This document shows, piece after piece, positions 49,962 through 60,323 of a stretch of DNA of 64,000 nucleotides. Below the pieces are notes generated by a model. That model searched no databases and was not told where the DNA came from. It saw nothing but the letters and a program-made list of their open reading frames with translations. The translations under genes were made by a program, and so were the position numbers. Position 1 is the first letter of the stretch. Each line of letters begins with the position of its first letter. Source of the stretch: an uncultured Chloroflexia bacterium. GTDB taxonomy: Bacteria; Chloroflexota; Limnocylindria; QHBO01. The stretch lies in contig CAWGTN010000002.1 of NCBI GenBank assembly GCA_963825525.1, positions 736,001 through 800,000 on the forward strand. Reading direction: 5' to 3'.

Positions 49962-52802
49962 TCACGATTCGTGCTCACGCGTGCGTCTCACGAGCGTGAG
50001 AGCCGGCGAGCCCGCGAGCGTGTCGTCCCCCGAGCGCGTCTCAACCCGCGCTGCAGGGGCAATGCGCGCCCCGAAACGACGCCCAAGCGTGATCGCCACC
50101 CCGGCCATCCCGCCGGCCAGGATGAGGGCCGCACCCAGCCAACGCTGCGGCTCGCCGGTCGAGGTGTCGACCGCGCCCAGGGACGACAGGGGCTCGACGA
50201 CGATCCGTTCCCGGGTCAGGTGCGCCACCATGGCCAGGGACGGGGCGCGGCGAATCCCTTCGCAACCGACCACGAGCCGTGCCGGGCTGGACAGGGCGAT
50301 GCCGGTGATCGAGATCGGTCCGTTGGGAATCCGCTCCCGCCGACGGCAGATGACCTCGATGCGGACGCTGCCCTGCTTCAGCTGGAGCATCGGCTGGGAG
50401 CCACCGCCCACCATCCGGCCGACCAGGGAGACCCATGCCGGATCACTGCCCTCCGCGGGCATTGCAGCCATCGGCGCCGCGACCGGCATGACCCCGACCA
50501 CGGTCTGGCCCGCATCGCGTCCCAGCTCCACCATCCGAATTCCCGTCTGTGGCTGGACACCGACTCCGTGCAATCCCTCGAGCTCGAGGGAGATCGGTAA
50601 GCCGGCGCCGCCCGCGACGGCATCGAGGCGCGCTCCAGAGGCGGAGCCGATGGCGACCAGGCGCGACCCGTCCCACAGGAGCCCGGAGACTCCGAGCTCC
50701 GGCCAGGCGGTCGATACCAGGGTTGCCCCAACCCGAAGGGCGGCGAGGTCGGCCCGGCCCAGGACGTCGAGCGCAACGCCCGCCACGCCGCCCCCACCAT
50801 CCGATGTGGAGCCCGAGCCGTCGCCGCCTCCGCTCGACCCCGTGGGCACGGCCACGACCCGAACATCACTCGCCGCGGCGGGCCAGACCCGATACCCACG
50901 CTGTGGGAGCGCGCCGGTCGTTTCCTGGCCCAGGATGCCGCGCACTTCCACCCACGCACCGGCGGCCAGGGGGCCGGGATCCGCCGCCAGTTCGGCCCCG
51001 AGATACACGCGCAGCGGACCGCTGCCGTCGTCGACATCCACGGTGACCGAACCGCTCGACGCCCGCCGCGCCGACGCGACGAGTGCCCCGCGCACGACCA
51101 CCAGCTGCGCCTCGCGAGACTCGGCGGCATCCCCGGTCCGCATCGGAAGCGCCGGCGGAAGCTCCGTGGTTCCCAGGCGTCGAGGTGGGACCGTCACTCG
51201 CAGGGTCTCCATCCCGCTCTTCGTCGAGCGCGTTCCATGGACTTCGAGCAGCGCGCCGAGCTCGACGCGCCCGGACTCGTCGCCCAGGCGGATGAGGATC
51301 GCGCCGCTGGCATCCTGGATGGCGGCACTCGAAGCATCGACGATCCCTGATGGCAGGGTCACAACGCCGCGCACGATGACCTTCGCGTTCTTCGCCCGGG
51401 CCCTCGCCGAGGCAATGCTGATCACGTCGCCGTCGCTTGGGGCAGCCGACGGCGTCGGCGACGCGCCGGCGGGGGCGGAAGCAGTCGGCTGGGGCGTGGC
51501 CTCGTCTCCCACGCTCACGTCCTGCGCGTCTCGTGGCTGCAGGCGATAGCCGGCAGCGCCCGTGCCCGATGAGTCGCGCTGACCCAGCACGCCGACCACG
51601 GTGAGCGACCGTCCCGCGCCCCAGCTGTCGGTGGCAATCCCCGTCTCGCTGCCCACGATGACGCGAACGGCACCGCTGCCATCATCGACGTCGAACGCGA
51701 TGGCGCCGCTCAGGGCGGTGCCGCTACCCACCACGTGGCCCGCGATCCGAAGCAGTGTGGCCTCGTGCGTCTCCGCGATGGCCCCGGTCGCAGCCGCGAC
51801 CGCCGCCGGTGCCACGCCCGTGCCGATGATCTCAACGTCGGCCGCGACCGCGCGCAGCGTCCGCTGGGCGTATCGATCGCTGATGACGCCCCTGATGCGC
51901 ACGCGCTCACCGCGTTCGAATCCCCCACCGTCGACGATCACGGCGATCCCCGCGCTTTCGTCCGCCACGTAGCCACCGCCATCGCTGAACGTCGCGCCGG
52001 TCAGTGCGTCGCCCTCGATGGTCGCCGTGCTGCCGTCAGGCAGCGAGCGCGCTGCGGCGATCGACACGCTGGCCGGGGCCGGCGCGGTCGGCGTGGGGGT
52101 CGCAGGTGGCGGCGTGCCGACCGCGGGAGTCGGCGTCGGAGATGGGGTCGGGGTTGGAACGGCGGTCGGGGTCGGGGTGGGGGTGCCCAGGGGATCCGGC
52201 ACGGGTGCCGATCCTCGGTTCTGCGGGTCGGGAAGGAGGCGGACGACGAAGTCGGCGGCATTGTCGTGGGTGTCCTGCGTCGATCCGGCGCTGCCGCCGG
52301 GAAGCCGCTCGATGCTCGACCCGGCGGGAGGTGCGGCTGCGGCACCGCCCTCGAGCCACGAGCCGGCGGCCGTGCCCCAGCCAACGGCATCGATGGCGGT
52401 GACGGCGCCCTGGATGCGAAGGGCGACACTGCCGCCGGTCGCCGCCATCCCGCTCCCGTAGGTGGCATCGGCGATGGCCGCATAGATCCCAAGCTCGTGG
52501 GCGACGAGCAGGTGTCCCCCCGGCGGCAACGGCGCGTCGCCGGTATCCCATGCAGCGCGGCGCGTGACCGTGGCACCGCTCGACGTGATGTAGACGAGCT
52601 CCAGGCCCTCGACAGGAAGCGCCTCGTCGGCGGGGTTGTAGATTTCGATCAGCTCGTCGCTGGCACTCGTGCCCCCGGTTGCCAACTCACTGATCACGAG
52701 GTGATCGGTCACGGCGTCCACCGGCCGCGCCGACCCGATGGAGAACAGCGCCCCCACGATCGACGCACCGAGCATCAGACGGAACCAGGTCGACAAGCGC
52801 AC
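49962..52802 (-). CDS. Secreted, C-terminally membrane-anchored protein with lamin-tail domain, P/T linker and repeated OB-fold modules
   Basis: Signal peptide; LVISELATGG..DELIEIYNP..DAVGWG..SIERLP (LTD); duplicated SIAxAR...DxSxxI...DDGSGxxRV...GQ...YRxxP units; TM near the C-terminus; AGGAGG SD. Confidence 0.8.
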   Translation of the reverse strand: MRLSTWFRLMLGASIVGALFSIGSARPVDAVTDHLVISELATGGTSASDELIEIYNPADEALPVEGLELVYITSSGATVTRRAAWDTGDAPLPPGGHLLVAHELGIYAAIADATYGSGMAATGGSVALRIQGAVTAIDAVGWGTAAGSWLEGGAAAAPPAGSSIERLPGGSAGSTQDTHDNAADFVVRLLPDPQNRGSAPVPDPLGTPTPTPTAVPTPTPSPTPTPAVGTPPPATPTPTAPAPASVSIAAARSLPDGSTATIEGDALTGATFSDGGGYVADESAGIAVIVDGGGFERGERVRIRGVISDRYAQRTLRAVAADVEIIGTGVAPAAVAAATGAIAETHEATLLRIAGHVVGSGTALSGAIAFDVDDGSGAVRVIVGSETGIATDSWGAGRSLTVVGVLGQRDSSGTGAAGYRLQPRDAQDVSVGDEATPQPTASAPAGASPTPSAAPSDGDVISIASARARAKNAKVIVRGVVTLPSGIVDASSAAIQDASGAILIRLGDESGRVELGALLEVHGTRSTKSGMETLRVTVPPRRLGTTELPPALPMRTGDAAESREAQLVVVRGALVASARRASSGSVTVDVDDGSGPLRVYLGAELAADPGPLAAGAWVEVRGILGQETTGALPQRGYRVWPAAASDVRVVAVPTGSSGGGDGSGSTSDGGGGVAGVALDVLGRADLAALRVGATLVSTAWPELGVSGLLWDGSRLVAIGSASGARLDAVAGGAGLPISLELEGLHGVGVQPQTGIRMVELGRDAGQTVVGVMPVAAPMAAMPAEGSDPAWVSLVGRMVGGGSQPMLQLKQGSVRIEVICRRRERIPNGPISITGIALSSPARLVVGCEGIRRAPSLAMVAHLTRERIVVEPLSSLGAVDTSTGEPQRWLGAALILAGGMAGVAITLGRRFGARIAPAARVETRSGDDTLAGSPALTLVRRTREHES

Positions 52803-52913
52803 GGAACACCTCCTGTCGGAGGCGCAGGCGGACGAAGTCTGCCGAGTGCCCGATTACCGTGCGATCTCGCGTCCGCTTACCGGGCAGGGCGAGCCACAGT
52901 ACAATCGGCGGCC

Positions 52914-53555
52914 ATGTCCTCAGATGAACGAACCCGCCGTGCCGAGGCCCGGCGACGTCGCCGCATGGCGGCACGCGGTGAACAAGCGGAGACGGTAGAG
53001 CCCGAAGTCGAGCCCGAGGTCGCCCAACGACGGGGCGGCATCCTCGATCGTCTGTTCCCACCGGCTCCGCCCCTGCCCAACCGACCGGATCCGCTCGCCG
53101 GCTATGCCGGAGACGGGCCCCTGTCGCCCATCACCAAGCGCATCTTCCTGCTGCGAAGCAACCCACTGGCCTGGCTGGTTCCCGGTGTGATCTCGTCCAT
53201 CGGCCTCTACGCCTCGATCACGTACGTCAACAATCCGATCGGGCTCTTCGGCACGTTCCTCCTGTTCGGCGGGCTGATCGCCGCCGGATGGTTCGGATGG
53301 CAGCGCCCGAGCCTCTTTGGAGTCGCGGCCGCGATCCTGGGTTTCGTGATTGCCACGGCCATCGTCCTCTTCTCGTTCTCTGCGCAGGGGGCGACGCCGG
53401 ATACATTCGCCGCGAGCGCCGTGATCCTGAACCTGTTCATCCAGGCCCTCTACCAGTCGGCGCTCGGTTTCCTGGGAGGCTGGTACGGCGGATATCTACG
53501 GCGACGCCAGACGCAGCTCAGCGGGCAGCAGCCGGGTCGAACGCGTAAGCGGTAG
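52914..53555 (+). CDS. Hypothetical membrane protein (about 4 TM helices, Arg-rich termini)
   Basis: Hydrophobic segments in the C-terminal two thirds; TACAAT 8 nt before ATG 52914. Confidence 0.75.
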   Translation: MSSDERTRRAEARRRRRMAARGEQAETVEPEVEPEVAQRRGGILDRLFPPAPPLPNRPDPLAGYAGDGPLSPITKRIFLLRSNPLAWLVPGVISSIGLYASITYVNNPIGLFGTFLLFGGLIAAGWFGWQRPSLFGVAAAILGFVIATAIVLFSFSAQGATPDTFAASAVILNLFIQALYQSALGFLGGWYGGYLRRRQTQLSGQQPGRTRKR

Positions 53556-53724
53556 CGGACGCGCGAAATCGGCACGCCACTTGCTGGTGGATATGGCGTG
53601 GACGCGGGAGCGACCCGGTTCGCGCGGAATAGCGAGTGAATGCCCGTCGCTGACGGAAGCTCGGGCCAGACGCGACATGTTGCGGCACTCCTCGTTTGCG
53701 TGAACCCGCTCACCGGTCTCACGG

Positions 53725-53767
53725 GGCCGTCGGATTCCAGGACCCTCCGTACTGGAATCCGGCGGCC
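53725..53767. other. Long hairpin in the intergenic region between the membrane protein gene and carB (terminator or part of a structured RNA)
   Basis: GGCCGTCGGATTCCAG-N11-CTGGAATCCGGCGGCC, 16-bp stem with one G-U pair. Confidence 0.55.
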
Positions 53768-53795
53768 TCTCGTCTCCCCCTGGCTGCAACCGACG

Positions 53796-56595
53796 TCAGG
53801 GTTGTCCGTGCGCCGCCACCGCCAGGCGCGCCATCTCCGTCGCCTCTTCGGCCGTGTCGCCGATGCCGAGCACCTCTCCGGTGGATCGCATCTCGGGGCC
53901 AAGCTCGTGACTGACGCCCGGCAGGCGCCAGAGTGATCCGACCGGCGCCTTCACCGCCACGCGTGGAGCGTCCAACGCAAGCCCGCGCGGCAGGCCCACA
54001 TCCGCCAGGGACTCACCGAGCGCGCATCTGACGGCGGCTGCCACGATGTCGATGCCGGTCGCCTTTGCGACGATGGGAACGGTGCGACTGGCCCGCGGGT
54101 TGGCCTCGATCACCACCACGCGGTCCCCGGTCACGATCATCTGGACGTTGACGATGCCGCGCAACCCGAGAGCCATGGCAATCCGCCCGGCCGCTTCCGC
54201 TGCCAGTTCCTGCATCCCTCGACTCACGCGTTGTGGCGGCAGGACGGCGACACTGTCGCCCGAGTGCACCCCCGGCGGGTCGATCTGCTCCAGGATTCCC
54301 GGCACCGCCCAGTCGACCCCGTCGCTTATGGCATCGACATCCAGCTCGATCCCATCCACCAGCTCGTCGACCCGGAGTGGCCACCCCACGTCCGTCGCGA
54401 GGTAGCCCCGGACGTCCGACTCGTCGCGCAGTACCGCGATGCCACGCCCGCCGATGACCCATGACGGGCGGACGATGACGGGGAGGCCTCCGAGTCCGGC
54501 GATGGCAGCCCGCAACCCCGTCTCGTCGGTGGCCAATGCTCCCCGTGGCCCGGCGATGCCGAGCTCGTCCAGGAGCGCCGCGAACCGCTCGCGATCCTCG
54601 GTGACGTCGATCGCCTCCGCCGAGAGCCCGGCGATCGGTACGTCGGCGTAGGCGAGGTCGCGCGCCAGGTCGATCGCCGTCTGGCCGCCGAACGTCAGCA
54701 CCACCATCGGCGGCGTGCCGGTCAGCGCTCGTTCGTGGTCGATGATGTCGAGCACGCTCTCGGTGTCGAGCGGTTCGAAATAGAGGCGCGTGCATGCGTC
54801 GTAGTCCGTCGAGACCGTCTCGGGGTTGTTGTTGATCACGACGGCGTCGAGCCCCATCTCGCGCACCGCCCACGCCGCGCGGACACTGCAGTAGTCGAAC
54901 TCGATGCCCTGCCCGATGCGGATCGGACCTGATCCGACCACGATCACGCTCTGCCGTTCGGCCGGGGGCGCCACCTCCGGATCGGCGTAGCTCGAGTAGA
55001 AGTACGGCGTCTCGGCCGGGAACTCGCCGGCGCACGTGTCGACCCGCCGATAGGACGGGTGGATGCCCGATCGAACGCGGGCACGCCGAATCGCGGCCCA
55101 TGGAACGCCCGACAGGGTCGCCACGTCGGCGTCACCGAAGCCGGTCCGCTTTGCGTCGAGCAGCGACGAGCCGACGAGTGCAGCTTCGGCGGTGACCAGC
55201 TCGGCGATCCGGTCGGTGAACCATGGCGCGATGCCGGTCGCCTCCGCGATATCCGCGGCATCGGCCCAGCCATGCCGCATGAGTCCGATGATCCGCCACA
55301 GGCGTGTATCGGTCGGTGCCAGGAATGCGCGCAGATCGTCCGGTGCTCGATGGCTGAGCCCCCAGGCCGGGTCCTCCCACAGCCACCCTCGTCCCCTCGG
55401 CTCGAGCGATCTGATCGCCTTGAGCAGCGCCGCACCGAACTCACGGTCGATGGCCATCGCTTCGCCGGTCGCCTTCATCTGGACGCCCAGGCTGCGGTCG
55501 GCGCCGGGGAACTTGTCGAACGGCCAGCGTGGGAGCTTGACGACGACGTAGTCGACCGCTGGCTCGAAGGCGGCGCTGTTGCCGTTGGTGGCCGGGTTCG
55601 GCATCTCGTGCAGCCGCTTCCCCAGCGCGATCAGCGCCGCGATGCGCGCGATCGGATAGCCGGTGGCCTTGGACGCCAGCGCCGATGAGCGCGAGACGCG
55701 CGGGTTGACCTCGATCACCCGGTAGTCGGAGCCATCGGGCGCCACCGCCAGCTGGACGTTGCAGCCACCCTCCAGCCTCAGGGCGCGCACGATCTTCAGC
55801 GCGCATCGACGCAGGCGCTGGACCACTGGATCGGGCAGTGTCTGGATCGGGGCCACCACGATGCTGTCGCCGGTGTGCACGCCCATCGGGTCCAGGTTCT
55901 CCATCCCGCAGATCGCGATCGTGGTATCCACCGCGTCGCGCAGCACCTCGAACTCGATCTCGTACCAGCCCAGCAGGCTTCGCTCGACCAGCACCTGGCC
56001 GATGGGACTGGCGGCGATGCCGGCGGCGATGCGAACCCGTGCCTCGTCCGGGGTCGAGGCGAAGCCGCCGCCACCGCCGCCCAGCGTGAACGCGGGGCGA
56101 ATGACGATCGGCGCCCCCAGGTCATGGAAGAACGTCATGCCGTCCTCGACTCGACTCGACCACCGCACTCTCGGGCACGGGCTCCCCGATCCCCGTCACG
56201 AGGTCGCGAAAGCCACCGCGATCCTCCGCCGCCCGGACCGCCGCCAGTGGAGTGCCGAGCACGCGGACCCCATAGCGAGCAAGCACGCCTGCGTCGTCGA
56301 GCGCGACGGCGAGGTTGAGTCCCGTCTGTCCCCCGAGCGTCGGCAGCAGGGCATCGGGACGGTGCTCCTCGATGACCCGCGTCACGTAGGCGAGCGTGAG
56401 CGGGCCGATGAGCACCGTTCCGCCCACGTCGGGGTCGGTCATGACCGTCGCCGGGTTCGAGTTGACCAGGATCGTCTCGACCCCTTCGCCCCGCAGCGCC
56501 AGGCAGGCCTGGACACCCGCGTAATCGAACTCGGCGGCCTGGCCGATGAGGATCGGGCCGGAGCCGATGACCAGGACCTTGCGCGGCACCGTCAT
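53796..56595 (-). CDS. carB: Carbamoyl-phosphate synthase large subunit lacking the MGS domain, broken by a +1 insertion near 56151
   Basis: [58 protein letters not shown], second half [15 protein letters not shown]. Removing one A in GTCGAGTCG-A-GTCGAG joins the two ORFs; span 2800 nt = 3n+1. Confidence 0.92.
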
Positions 56596-57755
56596 GCCAG
56601 CGCCTGCTCCACCGCCAGGTCGAAGACGCGCGTCGCATCGATCGGTCCGGGCGCCCCCTCCGGATGGAACTGCACCGACGCGACGCGGCCGCCGTGGTGC
56701 ATTAGGCCCTCGACCGTTCCGTCGTTGAGGTCCCGGTGGCTGACCGCGTAGCCGGCGGCTCCCAGTGCCGGACCATCGACCACCGCCACCTCGTGGTTGT
56801 GGGCGCCGATATCGACGCGCCCGGTCTCGGCCTCCAGCACCGCGTGGTTGCCGCCGTGGTGACCGACGCCGAGCCGTGATGTCACCGCGCCGGCGGCCAG
56901 GGCAAGCAGCTGGTGCCCGAGACAGACGCCGAGGACCGGTGTGCCGCCGCCGATTGCGGCGTCCGCGAGCTGGCGCGCGACCTCGATCTGTGGTGCCATG
57001 CGCGAGGGATCTCCCGGCCCGGGCGACAGGACCACCAGGCTCGGTGCGGTGCTCGCGACATCTGCCGCGCTCGCATCGGGCGGAAGAACGGTGATGTCGA
57101 GCCCGCGGGAGGCAAGCGCCGCGAGCAGCGATCGCTTGACGCCGTAGTCGATCAGAGTCGCCCGCCCACGCGCCGGGCCGACGGCAGCGACCCGGTACGA
57201 GGTGAGCGTCGCGACCGAGGAGACGTGGTCGATGGAGGCCCAGGCCCGGGTGGCAGCTGCCAGCTCGACGGCTTCCTCGTCGGACTCCTCGCCGTCACGT
57301 ATCACCGCCCGCCGCAGCGTCCCGCGTCGCAGCTCAAGGGTCAGCGCACGGGTGTCTGTCCCGCTGAGGATGGGAATGCCGGCGTCGACGGCAAGCTCCT
57401 CCAGCGAGACGCCCGGTCCGTCGGGCGGGGTGACGAGCCGCGAACAGACGAGCCCCCGCGCATGAACACGGCTCGACTCGAGCTCATCGGGCGTGATGCG
57501 GTAGTTGCCGGCCATCGGGTGCGTGAGGACGACGATCTGTCCCGCGTACGACGGATCGGTCAGGATCTCCCCCCAGCCGGTCGCCGCCGTGGTGAAGATC
57601 AGGTCGCCTTCCGCGGCTGTGCCGGACCCGCGAAGGATCCCCCGCTGCACCCGGCCGCCCTCGAGCGCGACCAGGCCCGGAATGGAACGAGGCACCGTCC
57701 GCGATGCTGCGGCTGGCGCCTCGGAATGCTGCTCGAGATTCGAGATGGTCTGCAC
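56592..57755 (-). CDS. carA: Carbamoyl-phosphate synthase small subunit
   Basis: [46 protein letters not shown]; AAGGAG SD. Confidence 0.95.
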   Translation of the reverse strand: MQTISNLEQHSEAPAAASRTVPRSIPGLVALEGGRVQRGILRGSGTAAEGDLIFTTAATGWGEILTDPSYAGQIVVLTHPMAGNYRITPDELESSRVHARGLVCSRLVTPPDGPGVSLEELAVDAGIPILSGTDTRALTLELRRGTLRRAVIRDGEESDEEAVELAAATRAWASIDHVSSVATLTSYRVAAVGPARGRATLIDYGVKRSLLAALASRGLDITVLPPDASAADVASTAPSLVVLSPGPGDPSRMAPQIEVARQLADAAIGGGTPVLGVCLGHQLLALAAGAVTSRLGVGHHGGNHAVLEAETGRVDIGAHNHEVAVVDGPALGAAGYAVSHRDLNDGTVEGLMHHGGRVASVQFHPEGAPGPIDATRVFDLAVEQALA

Positions 57756-57869
57756 CTGTGCTCCTTCCCGGCCTCACCGTGCCGGTCTTAAAGGACCGTC
57801 GTGGAGTCTAGACGATCCTTCGCCTCGTCGATCGAATTCGGTAGCGCACCACGCGATGGCGATCCACGA

Positions 57870-57907
57870 GTTGCATGATCATGCATCAGAGTGTATGAAT
57901 ACTCAAG
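57870..57907. promoter_or_regulatory. Tandem ARG boxes (ArgR operators) in the divergent carA/argH promoter region
   Basis: TGCATGATCATGCA (57872-57885) and TGTATGAATACTCA (57892-57905), 20 bp start-to-start; argR lies in the adjacent operon. Confidence 0.85.
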
Positions 57908-59307
57908 TGAACGACCCGCGACAGTCCGCCCTGTGGGGTGGCCGCTTCCAGTCCCCCGCCGCCGATGCCGCCCTCGACCTGTCGGGCTCGCTCGACATCG
58001 ACCTGCCCCTGGCCACCCACGACGTGGCAGCCAGCCGTGCCCACGTGGACGAACTCCTGGCACTCGGCATGGTCGAAGAGGGGCAGGCCGCACAGCTCGA
58101 CGCTGCCCTGGCCTCGATCGGCGAACGCCTGGCGAACGGGACGTTCGAATGGCGGCCCGAACACGAGGACGTCCACATGAACGTGGAGGCCGCCCTCATC
58201 GGGGAGGTCGGGCCCGAGCTCGGTGGAATGCTCCAGGCCGGTCGGAGCCGCAACGAGGAGATCGTCACCGACGAGCGCATGTGGCTGCGGGGCGCGGTCG
58301 CCGAGCTGGTCGCCGGCGTTCGTGGCCTGCAGACGATCCTCATCGATCGCGCGGAATCGGAGATCGGCACGATTCTGCCCGCCCACACCCATACCCAACC
58401 CGCCCAGCCCGTGCTGCTGGCGCATCACCTCATGGCCTACGCCGAGATGCTCGACCGGGATGCTGCACGGCTCGCTGCCGCCGCCGCCCGGGCCAACCGC
58501 TCGCCCTCCGGTTCCGGCGCCGTGGCGGGCTCGGGGCTGGCGCTTGATCGCCATCGTGTCGCCGCCACGCTGGGCTTCGACGACGTCACCGACAACTCGA
58601 TCGATGCGGTGGCCGATCGCGACTACGCGCTCGAGGCCGTGTCGGCGATCGCCATCCTCATGGGCCACCTGTCGCGCATGGGCGGCGAGCTGGTGCTGTG
58701 GTCGACCCCGTATCTCGGGTTTGCCCGTCTCGACGACGCGTACTCGAGCGGCAGCTCGATGCTGCCGAACAAGCGGAACCCGGACAGCGCCGAGCTGGTG
58801 CGTGCCCGCGCGGCGCGCGTTGAGGGCGACCTCCTCGTCCTCCTGACGATCGCTCGCGGACTCCCGCTGGCCTACCACCGCGACCTCCAGGAGACGCGCC
58901 GACCGATGTTCGATGCCGTGGCCTCGGCACGGCTGTGCCTGGAGGTCATGGGCGGCATCTTCGCCACCGTGACGTTCGATCGGGAGCGGATGCAGGCAGC
59001 CGCGGGGGGCGGACACTCCCGGGCGGTGATCCTCGCCGATCGCCTCGTGGCGCGCGGGGTGCCGTTTCGCGAGGCCCACCAGCGCATTGGTCGGATGGTG
59101 GCATCCGCCGAAGCTTCGGGCATCGACCTCGCCGAGCTGCCGAGTGCCGAGCTCGCGGCACAGCTGCCCGAGCTCGACGCTGATCCGATGCCGACGCTGC
59201 TCGACGCGGTCGAGGCGGCCGATGTGCACGGGGGGACGGCGCCGGGCCGCGTCCGGGCCGCGCTCGACGCCCTTCGCGCTCGGCTCGACGCGGCGGCACG
59301 CACATGA
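57907..59307 (+). CDS. argH: Argininosuccinate lyase
   Basis: LWGGRF, EDVHMNVE, GRSRNE, HTQPAQP, SSGSSMLPNKRNPD, PLAYHRDLQE. Start is GTG 57907 or ATG 57895. Confidence 0.95.
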   Translation: MNDPRQSALWGGRFQSPAADAALDLSGSLDIDLPLATHDVAASRAHVDELLALGMVEEGQAAQLDAALASIGERLANGTFEWRPEHEDVHMNVEAALIGEVGPELGGMLQAGRSRNEEIVTDERMWLRGAVAELVAGVRGLQTILIDRAESEIGTILPAHTHTQPAQPVLLAHHLMAYAEMLDRDAARLAAAAARANRSPSGSGAVAGSGLALDRHRVAATLGFDDVTDNSIDAVADRDYALEAVSAIAILMGHLSRMGGELVLWSTPYLGFARLDDAYSSGSSMLPNKRNPDSAELVRARAARVEGDLLVLLTIARGLPLAYHRDLQETRRPMFDAVASARLCLEVMGGIFATVTFDRERMQAAAGGGHSRAVILADRLVARGVPFREAHQRIGRMVASAEASGIDLAELPSAELAAQLPELDADPMPTLLDAVEAADVHGGTAPGRVRAALDALRARLDAAART

Positions 59308-60323
59308 GCGCATCGATTCGCGTCGCCGTGGTGGGTGCCGCGGGCTATGCGGGCGGTGAGCTGGTGCGACTCCTGGCCGGACACCCGTCGGTCGAGCTCA
59401 CATCGGTCCACGCGCGTGGACGGGACGGCGACGTCCTGGCCAGTGCACAGCCGCACCTGGCGCCCCTCGGCCTCCGCCTGAGCGGCGACGAGCCCGAGAA
59501 CGTCGACGTGGCATTCCTGGCGCTGCCCCACGGCGCATCGGCGCCGCTCGCGTCACGCCTCGTCGCCGCGGGAACCACCGTGATCGACATCGGCGCCGAC
59601 TTCCGGCTCCGCGATCCCGCCGCGTACGCGACCTGGTACGGAGCCGAGCATCCGGCCCCCGAGCTGCTTCCGAGCGCGGTGTACGGCCTGACCGAGTGGT
59701 CGCGCGATTCGTTGAAGGATGCCCGCCTCATCGCGAATCCCGGGTGCTACCCGACTGCCGCGCTCCTGGCGCTGAGCCCCTTCGCGCGCGCCGGCCTGGT
59801 GGACGGGGACGTCATTGTCGACGCCAAGTCGGGCATCAGCGGAGCGGGCCGCGGTGCCGGGGCGGACTACCTGTTCACCGAGCTCACCGAATCGACCCGG
59901 GCGTACGGACTCGACGGTCATCGTCATCGGCCGGAGATCGAACAGGGACTGGCGGACGCCGGCGCATCGGTCGCGGTGACGTTCGTCCCGCACCTCGTGC
60001 CGCAGTCGCGGGGACTGCTGGCGACCTGCTACGTCACCCTCACGGCGGACCTCGACGACGCGCAGCTGGCCGCCATCCTGGACGAGGCCTACGCCGCCGA
60101 GCGGTTCGTGCATGTCGTCGACGCGCCGCCTGCCACCAAGCAGGCGACCGGGTCGAATCACGCGTTCGTCCACGTCCGGCGCGTTGGCCCGAGCAGGGCG
60201 GTCGTGCTGTGTGCCATCGACAACCTCGGGAAGGGGGCTGCCGGCCAGGCGATCCAGAACATGAACGTCGCGCTCGGCCTCGAGGAGTCGGCCGGTATCG
60301 GCGCGCTCGGAGTCCACCCGTGA
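59304..60323 (+). CDS. argC: N-acetyl-gamma-glutamyl-phosphate reductase
   Basis: GAAGYAGGEL, LALPHG, ANPGCYPT, SGISGAG, IDNLGKGAAGQA. Confidence 0.96.
   Translation: MSASIRVAVVGAAGYAGGELVRLLAGHPSVELTSVHARGRDGDVLASAQPHLAPLGLRLSGDEPENVDVAFLALPHGASAPLASRLVAAGTTVIDIGADFRLRDPAAYATWYGAEHPAPELLPSAVYGLTEWSRDSLKDARLIANPGCYPTAALLALSPFARAGLVDGDVIVDAKSGISGAGRGAGADYLFTELTESTRAYGLDGHRHRPEIEQGLADAGASVAVTFVPHLVPQSRGLLATCYVTLTADLDDAQLAAILDEAYAAERFVHVVDAPPATKQATGSNHAFVHVRRVGPSRAVVLCAIDNLGKGAAGQAIQNMNVALGLEESAGIGALGVHP

Noticed and set aside
52080-52195. Short tandem GTCGG/GGGGT repeats
   Set aside because: Encode the Pro/Thr linker of the LTD/OB protein; no repeat-spacer periodicity and no cas genes, so not CRISPR.
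52858-53576. Imperfect inverted repeat (shared AGCGGACGCG core) flanking the 52914-53555 membrane gene, suggesting an invertible or mobile cassette
   Set aside because: Only 10 bp exact with gaps in GC-rich DNA, no recombinase or transposase nearby and no target duplication; likely chance.
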